The notes under the pieces: model-generated
What the model was told of the DNA's origin: nothing
Database searches by the model: none
The model's input: the letters and a program-made list of their open reading frames with translations, nothing else
NCBI GenBank assembly: GCA_009859145.1
Contig: VRVR01000065.1
Span: 26,915-90,914, forward strand
Source: Andalucia godoyi And28
Taxonomy: Eukaryota > Protista > Jakobida
Reading direction: 5' to 3'
DNA length: 64,000 nt
Position numbers and translations under genes: made by a program
Shown: one piece after another, positions 43,515 through 55,296 of the stretch
Layout of the letters: each line of letters starts with the position of its first letter
How positions within the stretch are numbered: the first letter of the stretch is position 1

Positions 43515-46500
43515 CTAGAATTCTTGGTGAGAGAGATCATAGGCAGCAGCGCCAAAATCTTCTGGCACTTCTCTTTCGGGGCCGAGCAAGTACGTGACGG
43601 CGCTCTCGTGGCCCTTGAATAGTGAATTGACGCTCGAGAACTGGTACCACGGGCTGATGAGCTCACAAGTCTCGCGGCTCAGGTGGACGCCATCGATCTT
43701 CGGACACGCTTGCTCCAGACGGGCTGCGTAGTTCACAGAGAACCCGTAGATGTCATACAAATACCGGTTCTTTGAGATGACTCCGGACACCACAGGGCCA
43801 GTATGCACACCGCAGCGAACATGCATTCCAAATTCGTTGACGATCCGGATGACTTCCAAACAGAACTGCACTGCCGCAAGCGCGTCCTTGCGAACATCGA
43901 GGTCGCGTTCATGATGGGATCCGTACAAATTGGAGAAACGGAGGCCGGTGGCTCCAAACCAGCAGTCACCGATGATCTTCACCTTGAATACACAGAAAGA
44001 ATCCGCAGCAATATCAAATCGCGTGTACAGATTATCCAGAAGAGACACGATTGCACCGGGGCCTTCCGCAATTCGATTCTGACAAATCGTCGAGAATCCG
44101 ACAATGTCGACGAAGATGCACGAGACGTTGGTGTGAGCAAATGCGATGGGTCGTTCATTGCGCTTCAAGCGATCCACAATCGGAGCCGGCATCATGTTCA
44201 GCAACAAATCGGTCGACTTTTGCTTCTCGGCCTCCAGTAAGGCGCGATTCGTCAGTTCCTTCGAAATATCTCGGATATAGACGTCATAAATAATGCGACC
44301 GCGCCGATGCAGTTCAGCGCCATTGGAAACGACGGTCACTGCACACGGGAACACACCGGGCTCCTTCGACTTGCCCGTCCTCTCTGATGACGAACTCTCG
44401 CCCAAAGATAAATTGGTAGATGAGCTCGAGCGATTTCGCGAACCACGCTGACCATGCAGCCGGAACTCTCGCGAGCCAGTATATGCCTCTGAAGGGTCTG
44501 TTTGCGACAGGAACCTATCAAAGTCCACGAAGGCGTCGTCACGAATGAAAAAGTCTTCCAGCGGCGAGCCCAAGACATCGAATTCGGTGTGGCGAAACAT
44601 GCGCAAGAACTTCATATTGGAATCCCGAACAACAAAGCGTACATCTGCTTTTGTTTTTGTGTTGTGCACACCAACTATCTGGCAAAAAGCAGCGGGCATG
44701 GTGCGAATGCTCCATTTTGGACCAGTCAGCATCGGAAAATGCGAAATGTACTTGAAATCGGCCTTTGGATCAGATTTTCCACTAAATGTCACACCGGATT
44801 TTGTTTCTGATCTTGATTGCACCTCGTCCTCTTCAGAAGAATACTGCGACGCGCTCGAGGACATGGATTCCCGCGTCTTCTTTGTTCTCAACGCTTTGCT
44901 ACTGACCAGAGTTCCCGACGACATGAACGAGACCTCTCGGGGATTCGAATACAGTGTATCGAGCGAAAGCGAGCACAATATTTTTCGCATCTGCAATTCA
45001 CGGCGCTCCAAGTGCCGAAGTGCATTGTGGAAACAAAACAAATAAATGAGCAGAAATCCAATAAACGACACAGCAAAGAACACATTCACAACCGTCACAT
45101 ACGCGTCGCTTCGGTTGCTGTAGTACGAAACAAGGAGACGATATACAGTATCCATCTTTTCGGGTATGATCGAAAAGAGCAATGGCTGGAGACGGCTCTT
45201 GTACACGGTCCACAATACAGACTCGTCGACGCCCGTCGTGATCATACTGACGACGTCGTCGTACACGGTGGAGACATCTGCAGCGAGAGAACGGGCAGCG
45301 TTGTCTGGAAAATAAACAGGATACAAGGATGCAGAGCGAGGAGTGAAGAGGGCATCGCGAATTTCGTCAGAATAGCCCGGGATTCCATCGGTGTGCGATC
45401 CGTCACCGCTTACCAAATTTGCCCAGTTCTGAAGAGCCTGTGATGAAAGCTGTTGAGAAGTCAGAATATACAGAGGAGCCAACAACGATTCAGGAAACTG
45501 AGGAAAGCCAATCTTTAGCACCGTCGGATACGAGATTGGAAACAGTTCAATGGCCGATCCGACAGCTCGCGAAAAGAGGCCCTGTATAGACGTGATGTAC
45601 TCCAGTTCATAAATGGCCTTGCGAGTGTCTGATACATTCAAGAACAACACGAGTGTGAATACTTGACAATACAACATGATTATCAACATTGCAGATCCTA
45701 TCAACAGCCCAGCGTAGAGATACCGGTGCGTGCCCAATTTAGTCGCAACAACTGATGCTGACAGAGCGGAAAGATGGGACTCCGCAGCATGCACGAAATT
45801 AGGATCTGTTTCATCTAGTTTTTTGATTCGCAAAGTGTTGGTATGCAGACGAATCCCTTCCGTTGACCCTTTTCGTCGGCTTCCACTGTTGATGTCTTCA
45901 GTGGATAGATCCCTCACGATGCGGGCATGCTCCTCGCTGAGTGCGTACTTGTCGAAATCCAAATTGAGAAACATCATCCTCTTTTGGTCATTATACGTCT
46001 TCACCAAGAACGGAATGATGATGAACACCAAGCATGCAAACGTAATGCAAAATGCACACAACGAGCACGTGAGCACAATGTCGAAAAGGCCGTCGACGTA
46101 ACTCTCGGTCTCTTTTTGATAATGCGGAACGGAACTTTGTGCAGCGTTCCACGCAGTGACTAGACTGTTAAACCAGCCTGACAGCAACGACTCCACGCAG
46201 ATGTTTCGCAAGTTGGAAAGGGGATATGAAGTATTCGCATAATACTGCGACCCAAACATAGCCGGATCTTGTGAGCACTCCACAACCTGTTGCAGTACTG
46301 GTTCATATGCTCGAAGAACACTGGACATTGTGATCGTAGAGAACACATGTGCATAGTTACTGGAAATGGTGATATTCTGCACACTTCTGTTCGACGGAGA
46401 AAACGGAATTTCCACAAAGAAGGACATGTCGGTTGCAACATCATTTCTCCAATAATTGTTGACAGATACTGCGTGTTCCTCGTCAAGCACAACTTTGAGC

Positions 46501-48944
46501 AATCCACGGTACGCAGAAAGGAGTCCAGGAATCGTCAGTTGGATAAATTCAATCTCTGTTGAAGACAGGAAGAATGGGAGCCCCAAAGATCGATACATGA
46601 GCGCAAGCATTCCAATAGGACGCCGAAGACGGGAAGCTGCTTCCAGTGGCAGTGTTGCTGCATCTGCATCGCTGTTTTGCGAAACGCTGTGGTCCGAAAT
46701 GGAATCACCAATAAATTGTGTCGTGACCGGAGAACGTATTATAACCCGAGATATTGCAAACAATGCAATAACCAAGGCGATGGACACAAACAATGTAACC
46801 AGTATCGCCATACGCATTCCCCAAATTGTCGATGAATTCCGGTTCATGACAGCGGACCGCAAACCTTTCAGTCGTCTCGACTCAGAAGAGCCACCGGACG
46901 AGTTGTTCACTGATTCCGAAGAGCCTGTCGGATCTACGCTCTCGTCGTCGCCTCGTGTTTCTGGCGAGGATGGATTCGGGGATCTCCCTTGTGGATCGGC
47001 AGCGAGAGCGCCTGCATTCGACCGACCTTGACTCGGCGCAGAAGAAACGCCTCGCGATGGAAGAGAACCATTGTTATGCGGAACAGGAGCTTCAATAGTG
47101 ACGTTGGACGGCCGGCACGGTCTACCAGCATTGAATTGTCTACTGCCTCCTCGGGACAGACGAGCAAGATGGTCTTCGAGCGTATCCGCTTGAATGAGCA
47201 ACCTTGCGGCGACCTCCGTATTATGCTCAACGTCATCCAACCATCGTGCGCGGCAGCGCAACATCTCCGGTGTCACCATTGGAATGCGCTGCAGTCGCTG
47301 AATGATCACAGACCCCTTGTTCTCCAGGGACTCGATGTACGCCAGGATGCCCCATAATCGAGACAAATCAAACGAGTCCTCCCAGGCGTGCTTCGTCCAC
47401 TTGTGAAAGAAGCCGTGTTTTGATAGAAACATCTTTGTTCGCCACTCCACCTCGGAGTGGGATGTGGTGTTCATGATCTCTTTCCAGAATATGGCGATAC
47501 CTGCAATGATGTCGCGACGAATGCGATCGAGCGCATTGATCTCGGTGCGGATGTGGTGCAGGCCGACGCTGCCATCGGGGCCGACTACTTCCATTGTCGA
47601 ACGCAAGAGCGTAAGACCATGGAAAAACTCAAAGGTTGTAGACGTGGACCAGAGAGACGTCACCTTTTGCATGAAGGCAAGTCTCACTATGGCTGATGGT
47701 AGATTCCAGGCGAAAGCACGACCAACAGAAAGGCTCAGCGAATGCCGCATCATACAATACTGACCTGCTAAGAAAGATGACAGCGGGAAGATATCGAGAG
47801 CAGCGTCGAATAACTGCAAAACCTCTTGAGCTTGATCGGATGACACAGTGACCATCTGCGATCGTATGCAAAACGGGAATGAGTGATTCTTGGATAAGTG
47901 CAATCTGCTGCGGACCATGTTTCGCAAGATCAGATGGCAGACCAAAGCATTTGGAGCCTGTGACAACGCATACAGGTCGCGTTCAAATACACCAGACTCT
48001 GAAACTGGAGCGGCCAGTCCCGTTTGTTTGTTCGTGAAGGGGATATGGCGACGACAGCACACGGCCGTAAGAGCCCATAGGAGAAAGAAACAGCACACCG
48101 CCACGGGAACAATAATCGCAGCAGAGCGGGTGGAAGAAGCCTCCATGCCATTCATTAAGAAGATAACAACAAAGGGGTATATTGCGAGAAGGTTGCCTTC
48201 CTGCGTGTTCCACGGAAGCACGTACAACCCCGCACCAAGGATGAGCACGCAAATCACAGAAGAAGTGATGTAAAAGATGATCCTTTGCCCGACGGCTATG
48301 GACAAGAAATCAAGGAGGAAAATCAGACCTTCAAGCAAGAATAGCGCAAATGGAAAGTATCCGGCAGACACGGACTGGATAGCGAAGCTCAGAGGCGCGG
48401 TTAGGGTGCAGAAAAGCGACATGTACAACCCATACGTGAAGAACGTCCAACCGATGTGCACAAACAAAATGACGCATTCCGGACTTCCAATCCACGAGGA
48501 GGCGACATCATTTGCATCCAAGGCATACGCTCTGAGCATCAGATACTGAATGGGCATTGTGGACAATATGCACCAAGACAGCCAGCGCACCACATGATCT
48601 TGCAGAGACGTTCCAGAGTCCCCTTGCGCAAGTCGCGCATAGACAACGAAGAACAAGAACAGGGAAATGAAGGAGACGACAAATAATACCCAAGTTATTG
48701 CAGTCGCCGCACTGGACCCCCTCATGGATGTCCGCATGTCGTCACGAAAAAACCAAGAAAAGCCAAATACACTCATTGACAGCGACCACAACAAATGCGC
48801 AGTTGCGGGTTGCCACAGATACTGTTTTAAAAGAGATCCTGTCGCAAACACATTCACAAAGTTTGCACTGAGTAGTGAAAAGGTGGCCTTCGAGGAATTG
48901 ACGTCTTCCCCATCGCTGTCATCGCCAGCTGCTGACAGTGGCAT
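43515..48944 (-). CDS. Multi-pass transmembrane class III adenylyl cyclase with PAS-like segment
   Basis: IFVDIVGF, VKIIGDCW, GVHTGPV and YDIYGFSVNYAARLE; K and D specificity residues indicate ATP. Many TM helices; 1809 aa intact. Confidence 0.92.
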   Translation of the reverse strand: MPLSAAGDDSDGEDVNSSKATFSLLSANFVNVFATGSLLKQYLWQPATAHLLWSLSMSVFGFSWFFRDDMRTSMRGSSAATAITWVLFVVSFISLFLFFVVYARLAQGDSGTSLQDHVVRWLSWCILSTMPIQYLMLRAYALDANDVASSWIGSPECVILFVHIGWTFFTYGLYMSLFCTLTAPLSFAIQSVSAGYFPFALFLLEGLIFLLDFLSIAVGQRIIFYITSSVICVLILGAGLYVLPWNTQEGNLLAIYPFVVIFLMNGMEASSTRSAAIIVPVAVCCFFLLWALTAVCCRRHIPFTNKQTGLAAPVSESGVFERDLYALSQAPNALVCHLILRNMVRSRLHLSKNHSFPFCIRSQMVTVSSDQAQEVLQLFDAALDIFPLSSFLAGQYCMMRHSLSLSVGRAFAWNLPSAIVRLAFMQKVTSLWSTSTTFEFFHGLTLLRSTMEVVGPDGSVGLHHIRTEINALDRIRRDIIAGIAIFWKEIMNTTSHSEVEWRTKMFLSKHGFFHKWTKHAWEDSFDLSRLWGILAYIESLENKGSVIIQRLQRIPMVTPEMLRCRARWLDDVEHNTEVAARLLIQADTLEDHLARLSRGGSRQFNAGRPCRPSNVTIEAPVPHNNGSLPSRGVSSAPSQGRSNAGALAADPQGRSPNPSSPETRGDDESVDPTGSSESVNNSSGGSSESRRLKGLRSAVMNRNSSTIWGMRMAILVTLFVSIALVIALFAISRVIIRSPVTTQFIGDSISDHSVSQNSDADAATLPLEAASRLRRPIGMLALMYRSLGLPFFLSSTEIEFIQLTIPGLLSAYRGLLKVVLDEEHAVSVNNYWRNDVATDMSFFVEIPFSPSNRSVQNITISSNYAHVFSTITMSSVLRAYEPVLQQVVECSQDPAMFGSQYYANTSYPLSNLRNICVESLLSGWFNSLVTAWNAAQSSVPHYQKETESYVDGLFDIVLTCSLCAFCITFACLVFIIIPFLVKTYNDQKRMMFLNLDFDKYALSEEHARIVRDLSTEDINSGSRRKGSTEGIRLHTNTLRIKKLDETDPNFVHAAESHLSALSASVVATKLGTHRYLYAGLLIGSAMLIIMLYCQVFTLVLFLNVSDTRKAIYELEYITSIQGLFSRAVGSAIELFPISYPTVLKIGFPQFPESLLAPLYILTSQQLSSQALQNWANLVSGDGSHTDGIPGYSDEIRDALFTPRSASLYPVYFPDNAARSLAADVSTVYDDVVSMITTGVDESVLWTVYKSRLQPLLFSIIPEKMDTVYRLLVSYYSNRSDAYVTVVNVFFAVSFIGFLLIYLFCFHNALRHLERRELQMRKILCSLSLDTLYSNPREVSFMSSGTLVSSKALRTKKTRESMSSSASQYSSEEDEVQSRSETKSGVTFSGKSDPKADFKYISHFPMLTGPKWSIRTMPAAFCQIVGVHNTKTKADVRFVVRDSNMKFLRMFRHTEFDVLGSPLEDFFIRDDAFVDFDRFLSQTDPSEAYTGSREFRLHGQRGSRNRSSSSTNLSLGESSSSERTGKSKEPGVFPCAVTVVSNGAELHRRGRIIYDVYIRDISKELTNRALLEAEKQKSTDLLLNMMPAPIVDRLKRNERPIAFAHTNVSCIFVDIVGFSTICQNRIAEGPGAIVSLLDNLYTRFDIAADSFCVFKVKIIGDCWFGATGLRFSNLYGSHHERDLDVRKDALAAVQFCLEVIRIVNEFGMHVRCGVHTGPVVSGVISKNRYLYDIYGFSVNYAARLEQACPKIDGVHLSRETCELISPWYQFSSVNSLFKGHESAVTYLLGPEREVPEDFGAAAYDLSHQEF

Positions 48945-49654
48945 TGACGATCCAGTACAATATCCAATTTAAAGGGCAGGTGGGTGGGTTCTTACCGCTG
49001 CACTGTGGTATGCGCTATATTGATAAGAAGAATTGCAGAATTTACATAGAATGCGGAATGGACAGGGAGTCAGCGCAGGGCGGAAGAAAATGAAGAGACC
49101 CAAGATACGGAAAAGACGGGAAAAAACACAACAGCGGGAATTTCGGGCTTTGTCTTCCGAAAATGCGAACCGGAGCGACCAGCAAACTGGCTTGAACATC
49201 TGATCAGATTCATACCAGGATCTGCGAGGACGACTGGATGTGCAGGGACGATCCAAAACTTTGAGGCCGACTTGACAATGGCTCTCATCCGCATCCAGAT
49301 GTGGGACATCGCGATGCAACAAAACTCTCCTTGTTGGACGTTCATAAGAATCCCAACAGTTAAGCCAAAGTCCACACAAACTCCAAAATTATACGTGTCA
49401 AATGCTCGACTTTTTCCTCTCTTCTCCAAAATCTGCCAGTGTCTTCTGCTGGTAAATGAATCTAGAGGGAAAGTTCTCCAGTCTTCCGTTTCTGTGACTT
49501 TGCTCAGAACTTTGCTGCTGCGAGCACTTGCCCTGTGAGGGACGCTGCCTTTTACGCTGCAGTCACCTGCATTCAGAACGACGGGCGGATTTGAAAATAC
49601 ATCGGAAATGCAAAACGACTTGATTTTCCCCACCTGCTACATCCTCTGTGCGAA

Positions 49655-49674
49655 GAGAGAGAGAGAGAGAGAGA
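49655..49674. repeat. (GA)10 microsatellite
   Basis: Read directly. Confidence 0.9.
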
Positions 49675-50264
49675 AATGGCAGCCGGCGTCCGCTACCTGG
49701 AATGCACCGGTGGTAGCAGCGCGTGATGTCCTCCGAAGGAGTAGAGTATTGTCAACACTCCGCCGATTATGAGCAATGTAAAATGCAGTGTTCGCAACGA
49801 TGAATACTGTTCCTTTGAGCGAAGCTTCCAGTGTCCATTTTGAGAGGTATCGCACCCAAGATGGTAACTCGAATCTTCCATTTCGTATCTTGCAAGTGCG
49901 CGGAGCTCGCTAGCGGAAAACAAAGCAGTCCGAGCTGCTCATTCATAGTCCGAACTCCCTGAAGTGTGGTTGGGCATCTGATCGTACCTTCGTTACTTCA
50001 ATCGGAATTGCCTCCGCCATGCAGGATCTACAATCAGCCGAAGCTGACAGCTTCAACATTTTTGAGCACTTTCGCCTCCGTTGTTGACCTCAATGGGAAT
50101 TCTGTGTCATCAAGCATATCCAGACGCTTGATCCTGCAGAACTGCCTCGTTTGGGTGGGCGCACAACCACTCGATTTTTTGTATCTTCCACAAATGTTTT
50201 TCTTTTCCGAGTTCTGTGGCATGTTTTTCGTCTTTCTGTATTCTGCGATCTGCTGTTGACCAAC

Positions 50265-52003
50265 ATGACATCCAGTAGACGTGATGACAATGAGGAACAA
50301 GTATCTGCGGTGACTTTCGAAAATCCGTGGGATCTTATGGACAATGCGTCGATTGCGATTCATCTTGTTGATTCGTCGGGAATCATCCGCTATGCAAACA
50401 AGGCGGAATTGGCAATGCTTGGATATTCGAGAAACGAGTACATCGGAAAGCACATTTCCGACTTCCATGCCGATTCGCATACGATTTGTGATATTATGCA
50501 GAAGTTAAGTCGGTTCGAAACGCTGCACAACTATCGCGCACGCTTGCTTTGCAAGGATGGGTCGGTAAGATGGGGTTCCATCGAGTCTAGCGTGTATTGC
50601 ACAGCGGATGGGAGGTTCTGTCACACCCGTTGTTTTACGAGGGATGTCACAGACTTGATTGCTGCGCAGGAGCGTATGAAACTGCAGGAGATTGAATTAT
50701 TAGAACAAGAAGCCCGCAGGAACTCTGCAGAGCAGCTTTCTTCGCAATGTTCTGCTTTTTTGCGTACTGTTGTGCACGAGTGGAAGAATCCGCTCGCGGG
50801 TGTCCTTGGTGCCATCCAGCTTATCGAAGATGACTTGGAGGAATGTGCGCGATCTTTTGGTAGTACTGACGGGGCAAGCCTTCAATCGCTGCGCTCAACG
50901 ATTCAAAAGTCAATTGACTGTATTCGGTTTTCTGTGGATCAGCAGCAGAGGGTTTCGGAGGATGTTTTGTCATGGTCGCGAATGCGATCGAACAAACTCG
51001 AGATTGTTCAGTGCCCGCTTGATTTGATGGGACTCTTGAAACAGCTTCGTTTGTTCTTTGAATGTGAAACACGTCTGCGATTTCTGCAGTCGAACAAAGT
51101 CAGGTTTTTTGCAAATGTCTCTGATGACACGATGGAGGCGTTGCACATCATTACCCAACAGTTTCATATTTTAGGCGATGAACGTCGGCTGCAGCAGGTT
51201 TTGATGAACCTCGTTCAAAATGCATTGAAGTTTACGACATCTGGATCGGTCATCTTGGATTTCCATTTCTCGTACATCAGATTCGATTTTGCATGTAACC
51301 TTCCAAGTGTCCGATTCTGGGATTGGTCTCTCACAGGATGAAATTTCGCAACTTTTTGCGCCCTTTCAGCAAGCGTCGACTTCGGTGTTTCATCAATTTG
51401 GTGGGCATGGCCTTGGCCTGAGCATCTGTCGCGAACTGATTGAACACATGGGCGGCAGCATCCATGTGCGATCGGAAGCTGGAGCAGGGACGACTTTTGT
51501 CGTAGAAGTTCCGCTTTCGTTGCGAGTGCGAAGCCCAGATGTCATCGACCTCCCTACAGAGAATGGAAGCACAATGCCCACGAACCCAGTTTCCATTCCT
51601 CCCGCCGATGAAAAAATATGCCTTGACGTTCTCTGCGGACGATTCTCTTGTCATTCAACGAGTTTTGGGTCGGTACTTGCGCCACGTTCGCTTCATGCGG
51701 GTCGCGATGGATGGGCAACAGGCGGTGTCCGTTTTTGCAGAACGTCTTCAGCAATCGGGAGCGTCGTTTCATCTAATTCTACTCGACCTTGAAATGCCTG
51801 GATTGCGCGGCTTGGAGGTTGCACGACGCATTCGGTACATGGAACAACAAGCAACCGTCCAACCTAGCCGAATTGTCTTGATGACGGCGGGTCCGACTGA
51901 TCAGTTTGATCCTCGCGACTTGGCTACTGTTGACGCAATTCTCCCGAAACCCGTCACGAAACGAGATATCGAATTGCAGAGCGGAGAATGTGTACGTACT
52001 TAA
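50265..52003 (+). CDS. Hybrid histidine kinase PAS-HisKA-HATPase-REC, with two frameshifts (pseudogene or assembly error possible)
   Basis: PAS (HTRCFTRD), H-box HEWKNP, N-box NALKFT, G1 DSGIG, G2 GHGLGL and REC (ADD, LLDLEMP, KP) are spread over three frames, with shifts near 51260 and 51634. Confidence 0.88.
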
Positions 52004-52097
52004 CATGCTGCGTCTTCGAATCCAAGCTCAATGCACCACACATGACGGAGATGTTTAAGACAACACCCCGGATGCATCATTTCCTTCAATTATCCTG

Positions 52098-53273
52098 TTA
52101 AGAAGAAGATGGAGCAGACGGAAAAATGCCTTTTGGAACCATCAACCCGGGAATCATCCACGGATTTGTATCAGAAGGACTCTGCGGAATCGGGCAAATT
52201 ACCGTTTGTCCATCAAGCGAATCTGAAGTTTGATGCACGGTACGTAACGGCCATTGCACAGAATATCGATCGGGAGTCTGTGTACATCCATTCATCGAAT
52301 TCAATGCAGACATTGCGAGATCATCCGTTGAAGTAAACTTCCAAAGCTCGCCGCTGTCGCTTCTCATGGAGGCAAGGTTTTGCGGAACCGAAATCTGGTG
52401 ATCAGCAGTACTGCGCAAGTCAGGGGGCACGTCTCTGTGACACTTGGCTTCCAATGTGGGTGGCAGCTCATCTCTCATTCTCGCCGCCTGAAGGTGAGAG
52501 GCTTCAGTCGCTTGCAATAGCGCGTTATGCTGTTGTGAAGAGTGCGCATTCACAGACCGTGATGCAATCGAAGCTGTGCAGCAATGAAATTCCTCTTCGT
52601 CGTCGAAGATGTCACCGTCCATATCGGTGCAGGAGACGGCAAACTGCGGATTCGTTCCCATATTCCGTCTGTTTGCTGTCGAACAAGAAGAGAATGTGTT
52701 GGAAGCCGCATGATGGACATCGGAAGACGGACGAGAATCACTTTCTTGGTCAACGCACATGAACCGACAGGGCGCATCATGGATATCATTGTTGGGTGCG
52801 GTGGGCGAAGGAAGATGATCCTCTCTTGGAAGGTGAATACCAGAACTCAACAAGCGAGCACACGTTTCATGCGATATTGACCTTGCTGGATCCGAGACAG
52901 TAAAGTTTCTATCCGTTAAAGCCGTCGAATACGGAGAAATAGACCATTGTCGAGAGCGAAATGGTCCGGTGCGTATCTGTTTCTCGGCACGTATACCGCT
53001 GTATGATTTGTAGTCGTCATTTTTGATGCATTCATGTTCGTCGGTTGCAGCGGCAAAATAACGATTGAAAACACTCTGTGGATCCGCAGAACAATACTCA
53101 TGGAGAGTGGAGCCATGATAGGGTTCACTAATGACGATCAATGCAACTTCACAACCGCACAAGAGAGAAAGTTCCATGGCTTTCTTGAAGAGACCAGCCT
53201 TTCGTTTGTGAAACGTGGCGTGACGGGTCCGTTCGTCCCCTAAGTAAGAAATCGAAATCTTTCTTCTGCCCAT
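52098..53273 (-). CDS. MADS-box transcription factor, MEF2-type
   Basis: MGRRKISISYLGDERTRHATFHKRKAGLFKKAMELSLLCGCEVALIV. Confidence 0.95.
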   Translation of the reverse strand: MGRRKISISYLGDERTRHATFHKRKAGLFKKAMELSLLCGCEVALIVISEPYHGSTLHEYCSADPQSVFNRYFAAATDEHECIKNDDYKSYSGIRAEKQIRTGPFRSRQWSISPYSTALTDRNFTVSDPARSISHETCARLLSSGIHLPREDHLPSPTAPNNDIHDAPCRFMCVDQESDSRPSSDVHHAASNTFSSCSTANRRNMGTNPQFAVSCTDMDGDIFDDEEEFHCCTASIASRSVNAHSSQQHNALLQATEASHLQAARMRDELPPTLEAKCHRDVPPDLRSTADHQISVPQNLASMRSDSGELWKFTSTDDLAMSALNSMNGCTQTPDRYSVQWPLRTVHQTSDSLDGQTVICPIPQSPSDTNPWMIPGLMVPKGIFPSAPSSS

Positions 53274-53607
53274 TACGTCAAAGGGTGAAGCATCTGTATC
53301 TTGAGTTCGTGAGGTGGACTGGAGTTAACGACAAACACAGTGAGCACGACACTGTGGAGAGGAAACAACTGCGATGTTTTTTTGTGTCGACAGTAGAATA
53401 TTTCTCGAGATTCTGTTGAAGGACTCAAAAAGGCCAAAAATAGAATTGATGGGGGCTCGTTCCGCATCAATTGATACTGTTTGTTGTCGAAGGCATTTTT
53501 CCAATATGTTTGCACAGAATCCGACTTTGTTCATCGACCCATGTTTTCCGGTTTCACAGATCATTTCCAACCCACAGAATGTCTTTTTCTCCTAATTTTA
53601 AAACAAA

Positions 53608-54492
53608 GTGATGGAGATTTCCAACGCGGATGTCTGTGGATTTTGTTCCACCTCGTCGTCCTCGATCAACTCGGCGAATCAATCTGTTCCTTATCGGCGT
53701 GGGCACATTTTGATCATTGCGAACGATCGGGATGACCAGCGGGACGTCTTGCGATTACTAAATGAACTTGGTTATTCCCGCGAACACCATGTGATTCTTT
53801 CGAAAAATGGAGAAGACGCATTGTCCAAGCTCCGCTCGGAACACTTGCCGTTTGCCTTTGATGTGGTTTTGTTGGATTGTCCGATACTCGCCATAATGGA
53901 CGGTTTCAACATTGTTCAGGAGATTCGTGACTACGAAAAGCGAACTGCTCCTTTTCCTGGCATGATGGGGGCTGATTCAGCTGTTTATGTACCCATCATT
54001 GCGATGATTCCTGCTGATTTGAGCGGCGGGCGGGAAGTGTTTTCCTTTGCTGGATGCAGTGACGTCCTGCGAAAACCCGTTGTCCCAAAGACATTATCAG
54101 CATTGATCAAAGCATACGATACGCCCATACGCGTTGCGATTGCTGAATATACTAAGATAGAAATCCTTGGTGGTGACGCGGACGCATTTGGAGAGATTGT
54201 AGAATCTTTTCTCGCGAACACACCCTCGCTGATGACTTCATTCAAGAAATCTATCCAAAATTCTGACGTTTGTTGGGATTCTGTGATTCCTGCTGTCCAT
54301 ATGCTGGGTGAGTGTACCCTGTACGTCGGTGCTTGTCGTCTGTATGGTCTTTGCTCACGGTTTTCCTTCATGATGCGAGAACTGCATCCTCCTTCTTGTT
54401 CAGAGAAATTGTCGCCAACAGCAATAAGGTTGTGTTTTGAGATTGCTGCAGAGTACGATCTTGTCCTTCAAGATGTGTTGCGCTTTATTTGA
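53608..54492 (+). CDS. Receiver (REC) plus histidine phosphotransfer (Hpt) domain protein
   Basis: REC: VVLLDCP, MDG, LRKPV. Hpt-like: AVHMLGECTLYVGACRLYGLC. Confidence 0.75.
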   Translation: MMEISNADVCGFCSTSSSSINSANQSVPYRRGHILIIANDRDDQRDVLRLLNELGYSREHHVILSKNGEDALSKLRSEHLPFAFDVVLLDCPILAIMDGFNIVQEIRDYEKRTAPFPGMMGADSAVYVPIIAMIPADLSGGREVFSFAGCSDVLRKPVVPKTLSALIKAYDTPIRVAIAEYTKIEILGGDADAFGEIVESFLANTPSLMTSFKKSIQNSDVCWDSVIPAVHMLGECTLYVGACRLYGLCSRFSFMMRELHPPSCSEKLSPTAIRLCFEIAAEYDLVLQDVLRFI

Positions 54493-55296
54493 TTGCAAGA
54501 TCGTTCTGGCACGGGGACAGCCGAGCAGTATCTTGGCTGCTTGCAATTCTGCCACACCAGGCTTGCCTTCGATTTCTGACACTTACCAAGAGGAGAGCAT
54601 GTGGGATCGTTTCAAAATGCTGCTGCGTCGAGACTGATGTCTGGACGGACGACAAGAAAATCTCGGTACCTGAATTGCGAGGACATCCAAAATCCCACCG
54701 AAATTTAATAAATATGGTTCATTCGAACTTTTGTTTCAGGAAGTTCTCTAACAACGAATTGTGAACTAATTCCGTGGCATGCAGTCTGTCTAACACAATT
54801 CGCTAATAAACTGTTAAGAAATTGGAACAGTGCATGCGATGGACAACATCATTCAGCGTTCCACCGTCGGTGCCATTCTATTTCTCAACGAAACGTAACC
54901 TGTTGCTGATCCTGTTTGGTGCTGCGACAAAGAGGGGTTCAATCCGGCATTGGAAAGGTGGCAGTTTCCGATCCTGCTTCGCGTGGTCGCCTCGGTCTTT
55001 AAATGGTTCCAGTGGAGAAACAAACCCTTCGGGGATTGGAAACAATTATGGAAGTTGTCGAAGAGGCCTTGGATAGGAAATGCGTGCCACCAAAACCACT
55101 CGACTGCGGGGTTACCATGTCGATAATGGATTGTCGAACCTCCAGCTTGGAATGCGGCCAACATCTACCGGTAACAGCGAAATTGTAGCGCACTATGCTG
55201 TTGATCATTGTCCAAAGTTGCACAGCATCCAGACGCCACTCTTCTTACGATAATCCGTGAAGCCGACATCACCTCTTCTTCTTTTGTATCTGTGAT

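Noticed and set aside
43733-48693. Numerous 75-210-aa ORFs on other frames within the cyclase gene
   Set aside because: Shadow ORFs of a long coding region; none has recognisable motifs.
51249-51280. GT...AG mini-intron as an explanation for the first HK frameshift
   Set aside because: Removing these 32 nt leads into the wrong frame.
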